The notes under the pieces were generated by a model. That model saw only the letters and a program-made list of their open reading frames with translations, was not told the origin of the DNA and did no database searches. This document shows, piece by piece, positions 46,819-58,000 of a stretch of DNA of 64,000 nt (within the stretch, counting starts at the first letter, position 1; each line of letters starts with the position of its first letter). Source of the stretch: Diplonema japonicum (lineage: Eukaryota; Protista; Euglenozoa: Diplonemea); the NCBI GenBank assembly GCA_964019335.1, contig OZ025741.1, positions 310,001-374,000 on the forward strand. Direction: 5' to 3'. A program made the position numbers and the translations under genes.

Positions 46819-46960
46819 TTGTATATATTTATTTTTTTTTCCTCTCTGTTTGATGTTGTTGTATTGAGGAGAGAAGAAAGAAGGGGGGGGGAAAATAATT
46901 CTTTTTATGACTATATATCTTTGTTGTTAGCACGAGCAAAAAAAAAAGGGTATTTTTTAA

Positions 46961-48614
46961 CCCTTATGCGGCCGGGGGGGTCTAATTGATTTTTGGATAT
47001 TCTTGATTTTGGTCCCTTGTTGGCATGGATCGAACATGCTGAAGGCTTGGGGTTATTTATATTTGATTCGAGGTACGCATTTGAAAGATATTTGAAATCT
47101 GCGTTCATTCCACTAAGTATTTTGTCGTCTCGGCCCATAGGAAGCTAATGCTCGAGGGTCATAAGTAAGTGGGTCTACAACAGTGATTTCAGTCTGAACA
47201 GCACCCAGAAATCGACCTATCCTGTGACTATTCTGCCTCTGTCCTTGTACATTTGCATCAGGCCGTCACATCTTACATCGCAAAACAAAGATCTTGAATA
47301 TCTGCGTTCATTCCACTATATATTTAGTGCTTTCGAGCCATGGAGGTCATTGATCAGATGTCGCGAGACCGTTGCCCAAACTGGGGTCCATTTGCTATTT
47401 CCTGGAAATTATGCAAAAACGTTGCTGAGAGGTCTTCCGACTGGTCGGGGGAGTAAGCGGGTCTCTATGGAGGTGTCGTCCTCGAACCGGTAGTTCCTCA
47501 TAGAGTGGAAGCATCGGTCGAAGCATTCGACGGCACACATATGAACATTGCAAGTCTCACATATAAAGTTAGTCTGCTTGTGGTTGATGCGAACTTTGCA
47601 GGTTGACCGGGTTGAGCTACGCTTCAAACAATCCAAGGTTTGCTTAAGCGCAGATCGTCGTTGGGCAAGTTGTCCCGGTTTGCCTCGAAGGCTTGGGTTC
47701 TGGATAGGGTTCTGGCTTTGATTCTGGCTCCGGTTCTGGCTCGGGGTTGCTGGTCTCACTTTCTCACTCAAATATTAGTTGACTAGCCAGGTTTCGACGG
47801 AACAGGCGAGGACCCTTTTTTCGCAACTCAAGGGTTGGGTGTTCTTTGTTCCTTAGGATGCACGCATTGATAATTGTTACACCAAGCATGTTATGAAACA
47901 CTTTCGTGTACCACCGTTTCGATTTAAACTCTCTTCGGAATCTGGCAAGCCCTGCATCGCAGAGGTCGGCACCCCCCATGTGCCTATTATAGAGATCAGC
48001 AAGATACGGGCGTTCGTATGTGACCTTTCGTCCGAGGGATTATCGAAACGTGTTCTTGAAACTGTTGCTTCGTCTACAGGTAAAGTAGATAAAGGGCGCA
48101 CGTCTCGGCTGTCCGACCAAGCAAGGTAGACCAGACCAGACTTGTTCTGATATGTCATGCTACCTGCTTCCATGGCACTCACGTCGGGCGGACCCCTCCG
48201 GTTTTTTCGGACCGTTCCACAGCGGTGTATTCCCACTTCTCTCATCTCGCGGAAGAGCTGAACACTGCTATACCAATTGTAATGCAATAAGTGGTAACCT
48301 TTGTCCTCATATGCAGAGAGGAGCTTTCTTAACAACAGCCTTCGGTGTTTCCCTGCAGGTGTCGACCCCTGCACTTCGTACCCATCATGTCGAGGCAGTA
48401 CTGTGATGGAGGCTTCCTCTTCTTCAATATCTTCCTCTTCCTGTGTCTCGTCATCACTAAACAGGTCCGTAAATAGCGCATTTAACGCAGATTTTAAATA
48501 TCTTTCCATTCCATCTTTTTTTCCATGAAAACCGGTCCAAGACTTTGGTTTGAATGGACCCGAGAAAACTACACCTATTATCTACTCAAATATGAGTAGT
48601 TGGCCGCATAAGGG
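46961..48614 (-). mobile_element. Degenerate, internally deleted piggyBac transposon
   Basis: 13-bp TIRs CCCTTATGCGGCC / GGCCGCATAAGGG with TTAA duplications at 46957-46960 and 48615-48618. Confidence 0.93.
47409..48509 (-). pseudogene. Frameshifted piggyBac transposase remnant
   Basis: KGYHLLHYNWYSS (the D of DN[W/Y]Y is lost), GTVRKNRRG, MGGADLCD, KRWYTKVF and a C-terminal Cys-rich domain, split over three ORFs. Confidence 0.88.
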
Positions 48615-49010
48615 TTAAAAAAGCTGCGAAAGTTTTTTTGCTCGGCACAAGTTGCATATAGTTATAAAATCATTTTTTTTTTTGAAAGATAAATATTTGT
48701 AACAAAAAAGAATTTTTTTTTTGAAAAAGGCGAGTAAGAGGCAAGAGGAGGGGAGATCATGTACTTTAAGGAAGAAAAAAAAAACCCGTTCAAACCGTGA
48801 TCTTTCTGTCTAGTCCAGCACTTTTTTTTTTTTTGGATTTTTCTTTTTTTGGTAAACTATGTTGGATCCTGTGTACGAAACAGGGGGAGCTCTCTTCTTT
48901 GAGAATAGGGGGGGGGGGGGGGGGGGGGGGTCACACATGGTAGTGGTAAAATGGGTTTTTTTTTTCAATTTCGCCAGTGCAGAGTACTGGAGCCACCTAG
49001 TCCATGTGAT

Positions 49011-49383
49011 GCACCCTTTTTTGACCAAAAAATCGTTTTCCGCTCGATTCTGGGCACTTTTGAGCACCTGCGAGGCATTACTTGCATTTTTTAAAAAGGT
49101 GACCACAGTTTGGTACCAGGCCTGTTGTCTCCCCTGTATTATTGATTTTTTTTTCTGTGTTTTCTAAAAAATTTAGAATTTGACATGGTTTGTACCTCCC
49201 TTTGAGCGCGGCTCTTTAGGAGATGGTATAATAGGAAAGGATGGTAAGTTTGTTTTTGCAAAGATTTCAGGTACCAAACCGTGGTCGCTGTTTTCAAAAA
49301 ATACAAGTAAAGCATTAACAAGTGCTCAGAAGTGCCCTGATCTGGCAGATTTTGATTTTTTTTTTGGGGTCATTTTAGAGGGT
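49011..49383. mobile_element. Foldback/MITE-like element with ~100-bp diverged inverted repeats
   Basis: 49050-49117 reverse-complements to GGTACCAAACTGTGGTCACC...GTGCTCAAAAGTGCCCAG, matching 49270-49340 GGTACCAAACCGTGGTCGCT...GTGCTCAGAAGTGCCCTG. Confidence 0.65.
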
Positions 49384-49390
49384 TTTGGGT

Positions 49391-49429
<39 letters not shown>

Positions 49430-49496
49430 TAGAAAAGTCTTTTCTTTTCGAAAACTTTTTTCCCCCCCCCACTCTTACCACGTTTTTAAGGGGCCC

Positions 49497-49651
49497 TAGG
49501 GTTGGCAAGAAACGGGGAAACGTTTCAGTTATCTGTTTTCCTTATTATTTATTTTTTTTTTTTAAAAGGAAACGGCCCCAAACAATAAGAAAACGTTTCC
49601 GCTTCCGTGTTTTCAAAGAAAAGCTTAGAAACACGTTTCCCTGCCAACATA
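49497..49651. mobile_element. Possible tiny hAT-like MITE
   Basis: Ends TAGGGTTGGCAAGAAACG and CGTTTCCCTGCCAACATA, with repeated GAAACG/CGTTTC motifs inside; no 8-bp TSD visible. Confidence 0.35.
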
Positions 49652-49663
49652 ACGTCCCTCCGG

Positions 49664-49700
<37 letters not shown>

Positions 49701-50534
49701 CGTTTTATAATATTCATTACCGGCTTTGGACTTAAAACGTTTAAAGAAGAAAAGATAAAAAGTTCCAAAAATCCGAAATATTTCTCAGAATCCGAAATAT
49801 TCGCTGTTTGTTCCATATTTTATTTGTTCCAAAATTAAAATCTCGTATTCCTTTTTAAGTTCTGTTCTTTTCTTTTTTTTTTTTTTCTTTTTTTTTTCCT
49901 TTTCTTTTTCTTTTTCTTTTTCTTTTTTTTTTTCTCTTGGTTTTCGATCGAAAAAAGTTGCATAATTTATCCCGTTTTCAAACATTTTCCGGATTTTTAT
50001 TCCAAATAAGCATAAATTTTACACCATCGAACGACCGAATTCTTTTGTACGAGGGCCCCGCAGTCAGCATTCGGCTCGTCGGGCGGTAAATTGGTTTTGT
50101 TTTCTTTTTCGTCATTTTAAAAGTTCACTCACAGTACTTGACCAGATTGCTATTCCACCGGGCAACACAAAACTATTGGTCGAAACAATGGCATTTTCAA
50201 GGACTTCTAGTTCAATTCTCGGGAGAATCGAATTTTTATATTATAATATATGTGAGTGACGAAAATGACGAAAGAATGTATAAGAAAAAAAAAAAAAAAA
50301 AAAAGAAAAAAAAAAGGGGGGAGGGGAGAAAACTGCCCTACTCCACGCAACTGCAAGAGGGAGAAAAAAGTTCGGGGAAAAAAAAAAGTTCAAGAAGAAT
50401 GACTTTGGTTGCTTATAAAACCGCCTGCGTTCAAACAACTGCAGGCGCAGTCTACAGGTCACAAGGGGCGCACCTCCCGGCCGAGCAGTAGCATCTTCCT
50501 GCGAAAAAAAAAGAAAGAACTCGATCTATTTTTA

Positions 50535-50772
50535 TTATATCTGTTCCATGTCCCCAGTGCCCACACTCTTCCTCGGCTTGTACAACTTATCCTGGCTTGC
50601 CCCGAGGACACGCCCGTACTCTAAATAGATACCTACAGCAGCGACTTCCCTGAGAAGGGGCGGCACCCATGTTCCCGTCACCGGAACCACATCAGGCAGC
50701 AAGTACTTCGCAACGCCCTCCAAGACAACGTAAAGCAAGTACGAATAACACAAACCCTTCGTTAATTTCTGT

Positions 50773-50849
<77 letters not shown>

Positions 50850-51767
50850 GTCACACACGAGAATATCCACCCCGTTTTCCAACCCAGTATCACCGTCATC
50901 TATGTTCTTGTTGACCACTTTACACGTTCTTGTTACGACCCCTATCACCAGCAATATCAACACCACCCGGCTTCCTATCCAAGTTCCGGGGCATTCCATC
51001 ACCAGCAAGGGAACAACTACAGCAAGTGAAACTTTGTCCCACGTGCCCAAAGGTTTAACACACCGCCAACCAGACCCAAGAAGAACCATGAGAACAGAAA
51101 TGTAGATCTCGGACGAAACGGAAAAAATGCGAGCAAGGGGGATATTTCGCTCCTCCGGATGGAGGGTATAGTATCCGCTGAACAAGCAGGTGTAACATTG
51201 AAGAACAATCCCCAACACAAAAAGGATGCCGAGAACGGATCGATCAGGTTTCCGGAAGAGACCGAAACCTAAGTATCCGACCGTGAGGGCAGCGTAAATG
51301 ATAGGAAGATGTTGGTCACCAATTTGGGCAAAGCTGCGTCCGGTAGTGGTGTTCTGGTACTGGGTGACATTGAGGCGCAGGTTGACCTCTGTCAGTTCAA
51401 ACCGATCACAGCTGCGCACCATTAAGGCCCAGAACCCTGCAGTGGGAACACTAGCTTTTCCCGAATGGTCGAGGGGGATTTTTATGATTTTCTCGGAGTT
51501 TTTGTATTGTCCCTTGCAGACCGCTTCATCGTGGTCGCCATCGCCCTCTCCCGTGCTTCTTACTTTCTTTAAATATACCGCAAAGTCCACCGCCGGTGAA
51601 CTGTTTTCAACCAGGGCGACTTCGCAGATTCCAGACGCCCCGTAGCCGTACGTGGTGAGCTTTGCCCACATTTTCTTGTTCTTCCCCAGTGCAGGTACAT
51701 CTACGTGGACCCCTCCAGCCGAGGCGGCCAGCAGCAGTATTGTGAAAATACACATTAATATTGTCAT
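50535..51767 (-). CDS. Divergent GPR107-like paralog, ~380 aa (poly-A intron 50769-50858)
   Basis: Collinear motifs with 45211-46818: YGYGASGICEV/FGYSHAGVCEV, GFWALM/GFWKLL, GDQHLP/GDEILP, LGSGW/IGSGW, TWVPPLLRE/TWIPPVLTE. The poly-K in the tracked ORF is a GTGTGT...CCACAG intron. Confidence 0.78.
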
Positions 51768-52517
51768 TTTGTTTAAAAAAAAAATTTTTTTTTACCCTTC
51801 CCTCCCCTCGACCTCTCCCCCCCCCCCCCCCCCCACACACACACCCCTCCTCGTTCCTGTTTTTTTTTCTTTTTTCCCTTCTCCTTCCCTGTACGCTTTT
51901 TTTTTGGGGGGAAAAAAAGACAACAAAACAATCCGGAGGGGGGGAGGGAGGTGGTGGTGGGAACAAAAGAACAGGAAAAGGTTTCCCCTCCCTTTTTTTT
52001 TTTCTTCTTTTTTTTTTTTCTCTTCTTCTTCTTTTCCATAAAGCGGCCTAAGATGCGCTGTATCGTGGAGGGGGGTGAGCAAATGGTCTAAAAAAGTAAA
52101 GAAAAGCAAATGAGAAGTACGAAAAAACTCCTCTTTTCTCGACACGTTGAAGAAAGCAAAGAAAAAAAAAGAGAAAAAAAACAGCGACTAGTACACAGGA
52201 GGGGGGGGGGGGGGGGGGGGGTGTATTCCCTTATTACAATATGAGGTTTGAACGCACCTGGATCACAAACTCCCAAATTTATTTTCTTTCTATGCTATTG
52301 GAACTGGCCCTACACAACAGGGAGAAAAAAAAAAGAAGAAAGAAAGGGGGGAAAAAAAAAGAAAAAAAAAACCACAGCACCACCCACCGAGGGAAAAGAA
52401 ATACTGAAATATATTCGGGAAACTGTGAACGTGAAGAAAAAAAAAACCCTCCCTGACGAATATATAGCCGTCATCCCCACTTTTTTATTCTTTTTTTTTT
52501 CTTTTTTGCGGAATCTC

Positions 52518-52548
<31 letters not shown>

Positions 52549-52549
52549 A

Positions 52550-52589
52550 TTACTCAGCATCGTCGATTGGGTTGCCGCTATAATGCTGC

Positions 52590-52635
<46 letters not shown>

Positions 52636-53635
52636 CCTCCACCCTCTCACAAACCTGCAAACAATCATAAAACTCAATCTCATGCACACGCACAAACTCG
52701 GACTTAATAAAGTAAACGAAATGGCACAACGCCACCCCGTGCAGCAATATTGTCAGGTCCAGCCACGACAGGAAATAGAGCGGACACGGCTTCCAAGAAA
52801 TCGCAGCTGACAAAACATACTTAGATAAAATGTGGAAAGGGATCACCGAGGGGATGTCGAGCACCGTCCCCAAGAACAACGCGAACCTCGAGGCCCTAGT
52901 AGGTGCCGCCACGTGTTGGTTCGGGTGCATGCAGATGACACCCAACAACGCATATAAAGGAAGCCGTTGCAGCCCAATGGACCCTAACAGAATCCAGTAA
53001 GGATCATCATACCCAAGATCTCCGTCAGGTAGGTTGGGCACGGCGAACCACGCACAAACAGTGTGGATCATCGCGAGAAGAGCGAAAAAAAACTCGGGTG
53101 ACAAGAAAAACGAAACAAACGATGGTTTCTTTTGATCCAAATCCCCATCATCGCCCTCCTCGGGCATAGGATAAATCATCGATTTATAATAGTACTGGTG
53201 GTACAGAGACAGAGTAAGAAAGAAATCTGTCACAGCGTGCATAGACCATGCTGCGAACTGTAATGAGGCGATGCTCTGTTTGTCGTTGTGGAGGCTGTTG
53301 GCACCGAAGACGATGGACTCGAGGACACCCCTTACACCACAGCACACGAAGAATATTATCCAGTAGCTGTTCGAAACGCTTCGCTGGTCGCCTACATCTA
53401 CCCTCCAGTCCCCTTGTGGGGTTTCTATGTCGCCGCCGAGCCACCATTTCAGGTAGTTGTAGCGGACGACGACGACCACTGCGATCACGAAGGCCAGTAC
53501 CGAAAAGATGGAGCAGAGCATGGTGGTGGAGGGGTAGTCCAGCGTGTCCGAGCTGGACTCCGGGCACCTTGTGAGCCCCATGTTGTCGGAGAGGAGGCCT
53601 GCCCCGCTCCCCGTTAGGTTTGCGAGAGATGTCAT
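52550..53635 (-). CDS. Uncharacterised ~7-TM membrane protein, ~338 aa (poly-A intron 52586-52654)
   Basis: About seven hydrophobic segments; ATG at 53635 after a poly-A run; intron GTTTGT...CCGCAG. Confidence 0.75.
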
Positions 53636-53858
53636 TTTTTTTTTTCTTTTTTTTTTTTTTTTCTTGTTCCTCCCCCAACCCCCTCCCCCACCACCCCCTC
53701 CACCCCCTTTTTTTTTTCCCCCAAGTAAAAATTGTATGGGAAAAAAAAAAAAAAAAAAAAAAGGAGTCCACGCGCTATGTCCTACAAATGGCACGCTCGA
53801 AGGGGAAGGGTCGAAAAAAGAAAACGTTCGCCGGTGGGGAAAAAAAAAAAGATAATTT

Positions 53859-53886
<28 letters not shown>

Positions 53887-53892
<6 letters not shown>

Positions 53893-54423
53893 CGCCCCAG
53901 GCAGGACGTACATGTGGTCCGAGTCGTCTTCAGCGTGGAACTCGAGGTTGATGCCGTCGCAGATGCAGGTCATGCGCTGCGTGGTGGGGGTCGACTCGCA
54001 GGAAGGGGAGCCCATCCACCAGTTGTTGTGTACAGAGTAGTGCCCTTGAGCGATCCGGAAATCGTGGCAGACAGCCTTTTGGCCGCTGGCGAACGCCACG
54101 GTGAGATTCCCGAAAATCGCGAAATTGAGATCATGGGGCAGGGCATCGAAGGCGTGCATTGTGACCAAGACATTCACCAGAGATAAGCCATCCACAAAGG
54201 CCGCGGATACGGGCACAGAATTGTGCCTCCCGGCCTTTACAAGAATCGAGGACCCGGACTCTGTCACACCCCCCCACGGCTGCCCAGAGGTGATGCTGTG
54301 CCTTGCGAGGCTGTAGTTCACCGTCAGGGACTGGTTCGAGTCGAAGTACACGTAGTTGTCCTTGATGTCTTCACCAAGGACCGCCGTGGCGGCAACCGCC
54401 AGAAACATGCCCATTTTCATCAT
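53887..54423 (-). CDS. Small secreted protein of unknown function, 178 aa
   Basis: Signal peptide MFLAVAATAVLG, coding-like composition, motif-like LNFAIFG...AQGH...NNWW. Confidence 0.7.
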
Positions 54424-54528
54424 TTTGTCAATCCCCTTTGCTTTCGGTTTTATGAAGAATATGGAGGGAATATAAAGTTCTTTTTAAAAAAAAAAAAAAT
54501 AAAAATAAAACGCATTCACATTTCGTAA

Positions 54529-54559
<31 letters not shown>

Positions 54560-55095
54560 CTTTCTTTCTTTTTTTTTTCTGCTTGATATGAAGCGCAAAT
54601 AATTCTAATAAAAAAGCGGGGGGTTCTTTTTTTTTGGGGGGGGGAAGGATAAAAAAGGGAGGGAGAGAGAAGAGTCAGGCAGGGACATGAGAGAGGTCTC
54701 TTTTTTTTTTTTTTTAAATAAAGCCCACTGACGTAGCGGGCTGAGTATTAGGTTTTTTTTTTAAAAAAATGAGGGGGGAAGGCAAGGCAGACCCTCTTCC
54801 TCCCTCCCCCTGCTCAAGGGGGGAAGACATTTTCTATTTTCCCCCACTCAAAAAAAAAAAGAAAAACAAAATAATGGAAAACCTTGCGCCCTTACCTGTT
54901 AGAATAAAAAGAAAAGAAAGCAAAGTAAAGCACCTTCTCTCTTTGTCACCACTCTTTCTCGTTTTCCTATCCCCTCTTTCTTTTTTCTTTTTTTTTTTTT
55001 TTTTCCTTCCTTTTTTCTGAACGAAATGATAAATCAGGGAGGGGTAAGAAGGGACAGATAAAAAAAACACACTTTTTTTCTTCTATTCTCCATGC

Positions 55096-58000
55096 TTAGG
55101 GGCTTGGCCCTGCACCCCATGTCCCCCCGCCCGGTGCGAAGGGTGTGGGAGCCATATCGGAGCGCCCAAAGGCGGGAGTAGGTGTGACGGGTGTAGGAGT
55201 GCTTGCGCCCACCACAAGGTTTGGTGTTGCAGCAGGGATAGGCACACCGGGTTGCACCACTACCTGAAAGCTCTGGCCCACGTGCTTGAAGGCCTCTTTG
55301 ATCTCAGCAGAGCTGTTGACAGGCATGCCTGCGATGGAGATAATTTTCATGCCGGGGGCAAGGCCCGCGCGGTCACCTGCGCCCCCTCTCTTGCACACCG
55401 CAACCACTCCATTCGTGTCTTTCTGTTGTATTTTTGTGTCAAGTGTTGTACTGCATACCACCCCGAGCTTCTCTGCCGGAGATGTCTTTGTCACTGTGAG
55501 CACCTGCTGCCCACCTGCTGCAGGCGCTGGCTGGGCTCCAAATCCTGAAGTGCCGAGGCCTCCGAAAGCGGGTGCCGAAGACGACACACCAAAGCCACCG
55601 GTCGCAGCACCGAATGCAGGCGCACTAGATGCGGCACCGAACCCACCTGAGCTAGCTGCGCCAAATGCGGGGGCAGAGCTCGCTGCCCCGAAGCCGCTGC
55701 TCGAAGTTGCACTGCCCATCGCACCAAAGCCACCTGCACCTGTACCCGCACCTGTACCTGCACCGAAAGCAGGTGCCGCAGAAGAGCTGCTTGAAGCGCC
55801 GAACGCGCCGAAACCAGAAGATGAGGTGCTTGTCCCTGATGCTGGGGCAGTGGAGGAGCTGGATGCCCCAAAGCCACCGAAGGCTGGAGTTGCTGAGGAG
55901 CTTGCGGCAGTGAAGGCGCCTGTCGCGGGTTGCTGGAATGAGATGCCTCCAGCGGAGATAGAGGGACCTGGGTCCTTGGAGAAGGTAGAGGGGTCGATTT
56001 CCAGCTCAAGGTTCTGCCCTGCGGCCTTCAAAGCCGCCTGAAGCTCTGCAGAAGTCGTGACAGAGACGCCCGACACCTTGGTGATCTTCATCCCCACCTT
56101 GGCACCGCAGCGCTCGGCAGCGCCACGCGGCTGGAGCTTCACGATGACGCACGCCTCGTCCTTGATGCCCACCTTGTCTGTGGGCTGCTTGGTGATGGTG
56201 ATGGTGGGCGCGGACAGCGACACTGCAGGGACAGTGGCAGGTGCAGCAGCAGGTGCTGCGAAGAGGGAAGGAGGAGCGGCGGCAGCGTCCATCGCGTCTG
56301 GCTCCTTTTTGATAGGCTCCGGGGCAGCGATCTTGATCTTAGGAGGCGCGGGTGCGAGCTCCGCCTGCACGGTCTTCAAGAGCCCTGCGATGGTGATGAC
56401 GGTATCGGGGTCGGGGTCGAAAACAGACAGGTCGACTCTGCTGTACACCAGATCAGAGATATTACCGGTTGTAAGGCCTGCTTCTCTGCAGACCGCCGAC
56501 AGCTTGCTGTAGCTGTCCGTCATACCGTCCACGGCACTGTACTGCGCGGTTTCCATGCGGCCAGGCGCGACCCACTTCTTCCTCACAACAGCGGAAGAAG
56601 GTGCTACAGACATCTCCCTCGCCATGCTCTTCCCCTCCCGCATTCCCATGTTCTGCGTTGCAGGCACAGTCGGCTCAGGCTCCTCGTCCTCATCCTGCAC
56701 ATCAACGTCGTCCTTCGCAAGGCTGTAGCTTTCAAGTACTATGAACAGCCTGTTGACCTCTCCGTAGTTGAAGCCTATCCGCAGCAGGTCTTTCTTGCTG
56801 AGAGAGCGCAGAGTGCTGTCATCTGTCACGCCGTTGACAGCCAGTGTCTCGCTGAGGTGCCCCAGGCCTGCCTCGTTGAGGATCTCCATGCACGTGCTGG
56901 CCATCCGGAGGGCGGGCTTCGCACCAGCGTCGACCATGGGCATCGTGTCGTTTGAGGACACAGACGCGCTGTCCTTCGTGAAGGACCGCAGCGACACGTG
57001 GATGCTGCCGAGCTTCCGCGACAGGGACGACGTAAGAGGGCGAGAGGGTTGTGTAGGTGCTGCGGGTGCTGGTGTCGGTGCAGGGTGTGTCTGTTGTTTT
57101 TTTTTCCCCCTCTTTTCCCCATCGTACTAGCCATACCATAGTCTGCGGCAGAGCAGGTGGTGGTGACAACACCTGATCCGCAAGTGCTTCCTGTGATGTG
57201 ATATGTTGCGTGCCTTGCATTGCATTGCATACCCCGAACACGTCTGGCGGTGCTCCACACGGGATGTTCATGAGAGTAGCAGTGGCATGGGAGGTACGGA
57301 GCTTCTCTTGCTGCATCTTGAGGCTTTGCAGCTGTGTCTCGATGCCTTTAGCACGCACGAAGAGGCTGTCGGCACGCTTGCTGTTGATCTGGTGCCTGGA
57401 CGCCTCGCTTGACAGAGTTGCTAGGTGTGTGCTGATGCTCGAGACAAGCGACTCGATCTTCTTCTTCTGCACAATGATGTGTGGTGCATGCTGCTCGAGG
57501 GCAGCATCGTCCAAGGCGGGTGCAGCCAGAGCTGACAGCTTCATTTGCTCGTTCAGCCCGGCAATGCCCAGCCGCAGGTCTTCGCATGCGATTTCGGAGC
57601 GCAGCACGATCTTCTTCAGTTCGTTCTCCCTGTCGCTGCTGACAGCCTTGGGAAGCACTTCTGTCTTGAAGTGGTCCAGCTCCTCCTCGTTCTGCTTCAC
57701 TGTCTCCTGGCACTTCTCTACACGGTTCTTCATGCGGTGCATGTCGGCGTGCAGGGCGCCGAGCTTTTCTTTGCTCTCGTCGTTCAGGTCCTTCCCCTTC
57801 GTTGTCTTGTCCTTCGGCAGGGGGATCGAGCTGATCTCGTGGAGTCGCCTTACGGGCAGCGGCACGTTGTCCTCTCCGTCGCGCTTGGTCTCCTCCAGTT
57901 CCATCTGCGCTTTTGCATTTTCAACGCGCAGCGCCTCCGTCCGTGCGTTTGATATCTCCAACGCCTGCTTCAGCTCCTCCAGCAGCATGTCGGATCCGCA

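Noticed and set aside
50400-50500. Possible small structured RNA (CGCCTGC...GCAGGCG hairpin); similar complex patches at 60480-60670 and 63420-63590
   Set aside because: No recognisable box motifs or second copy, so a call cannot be supported.
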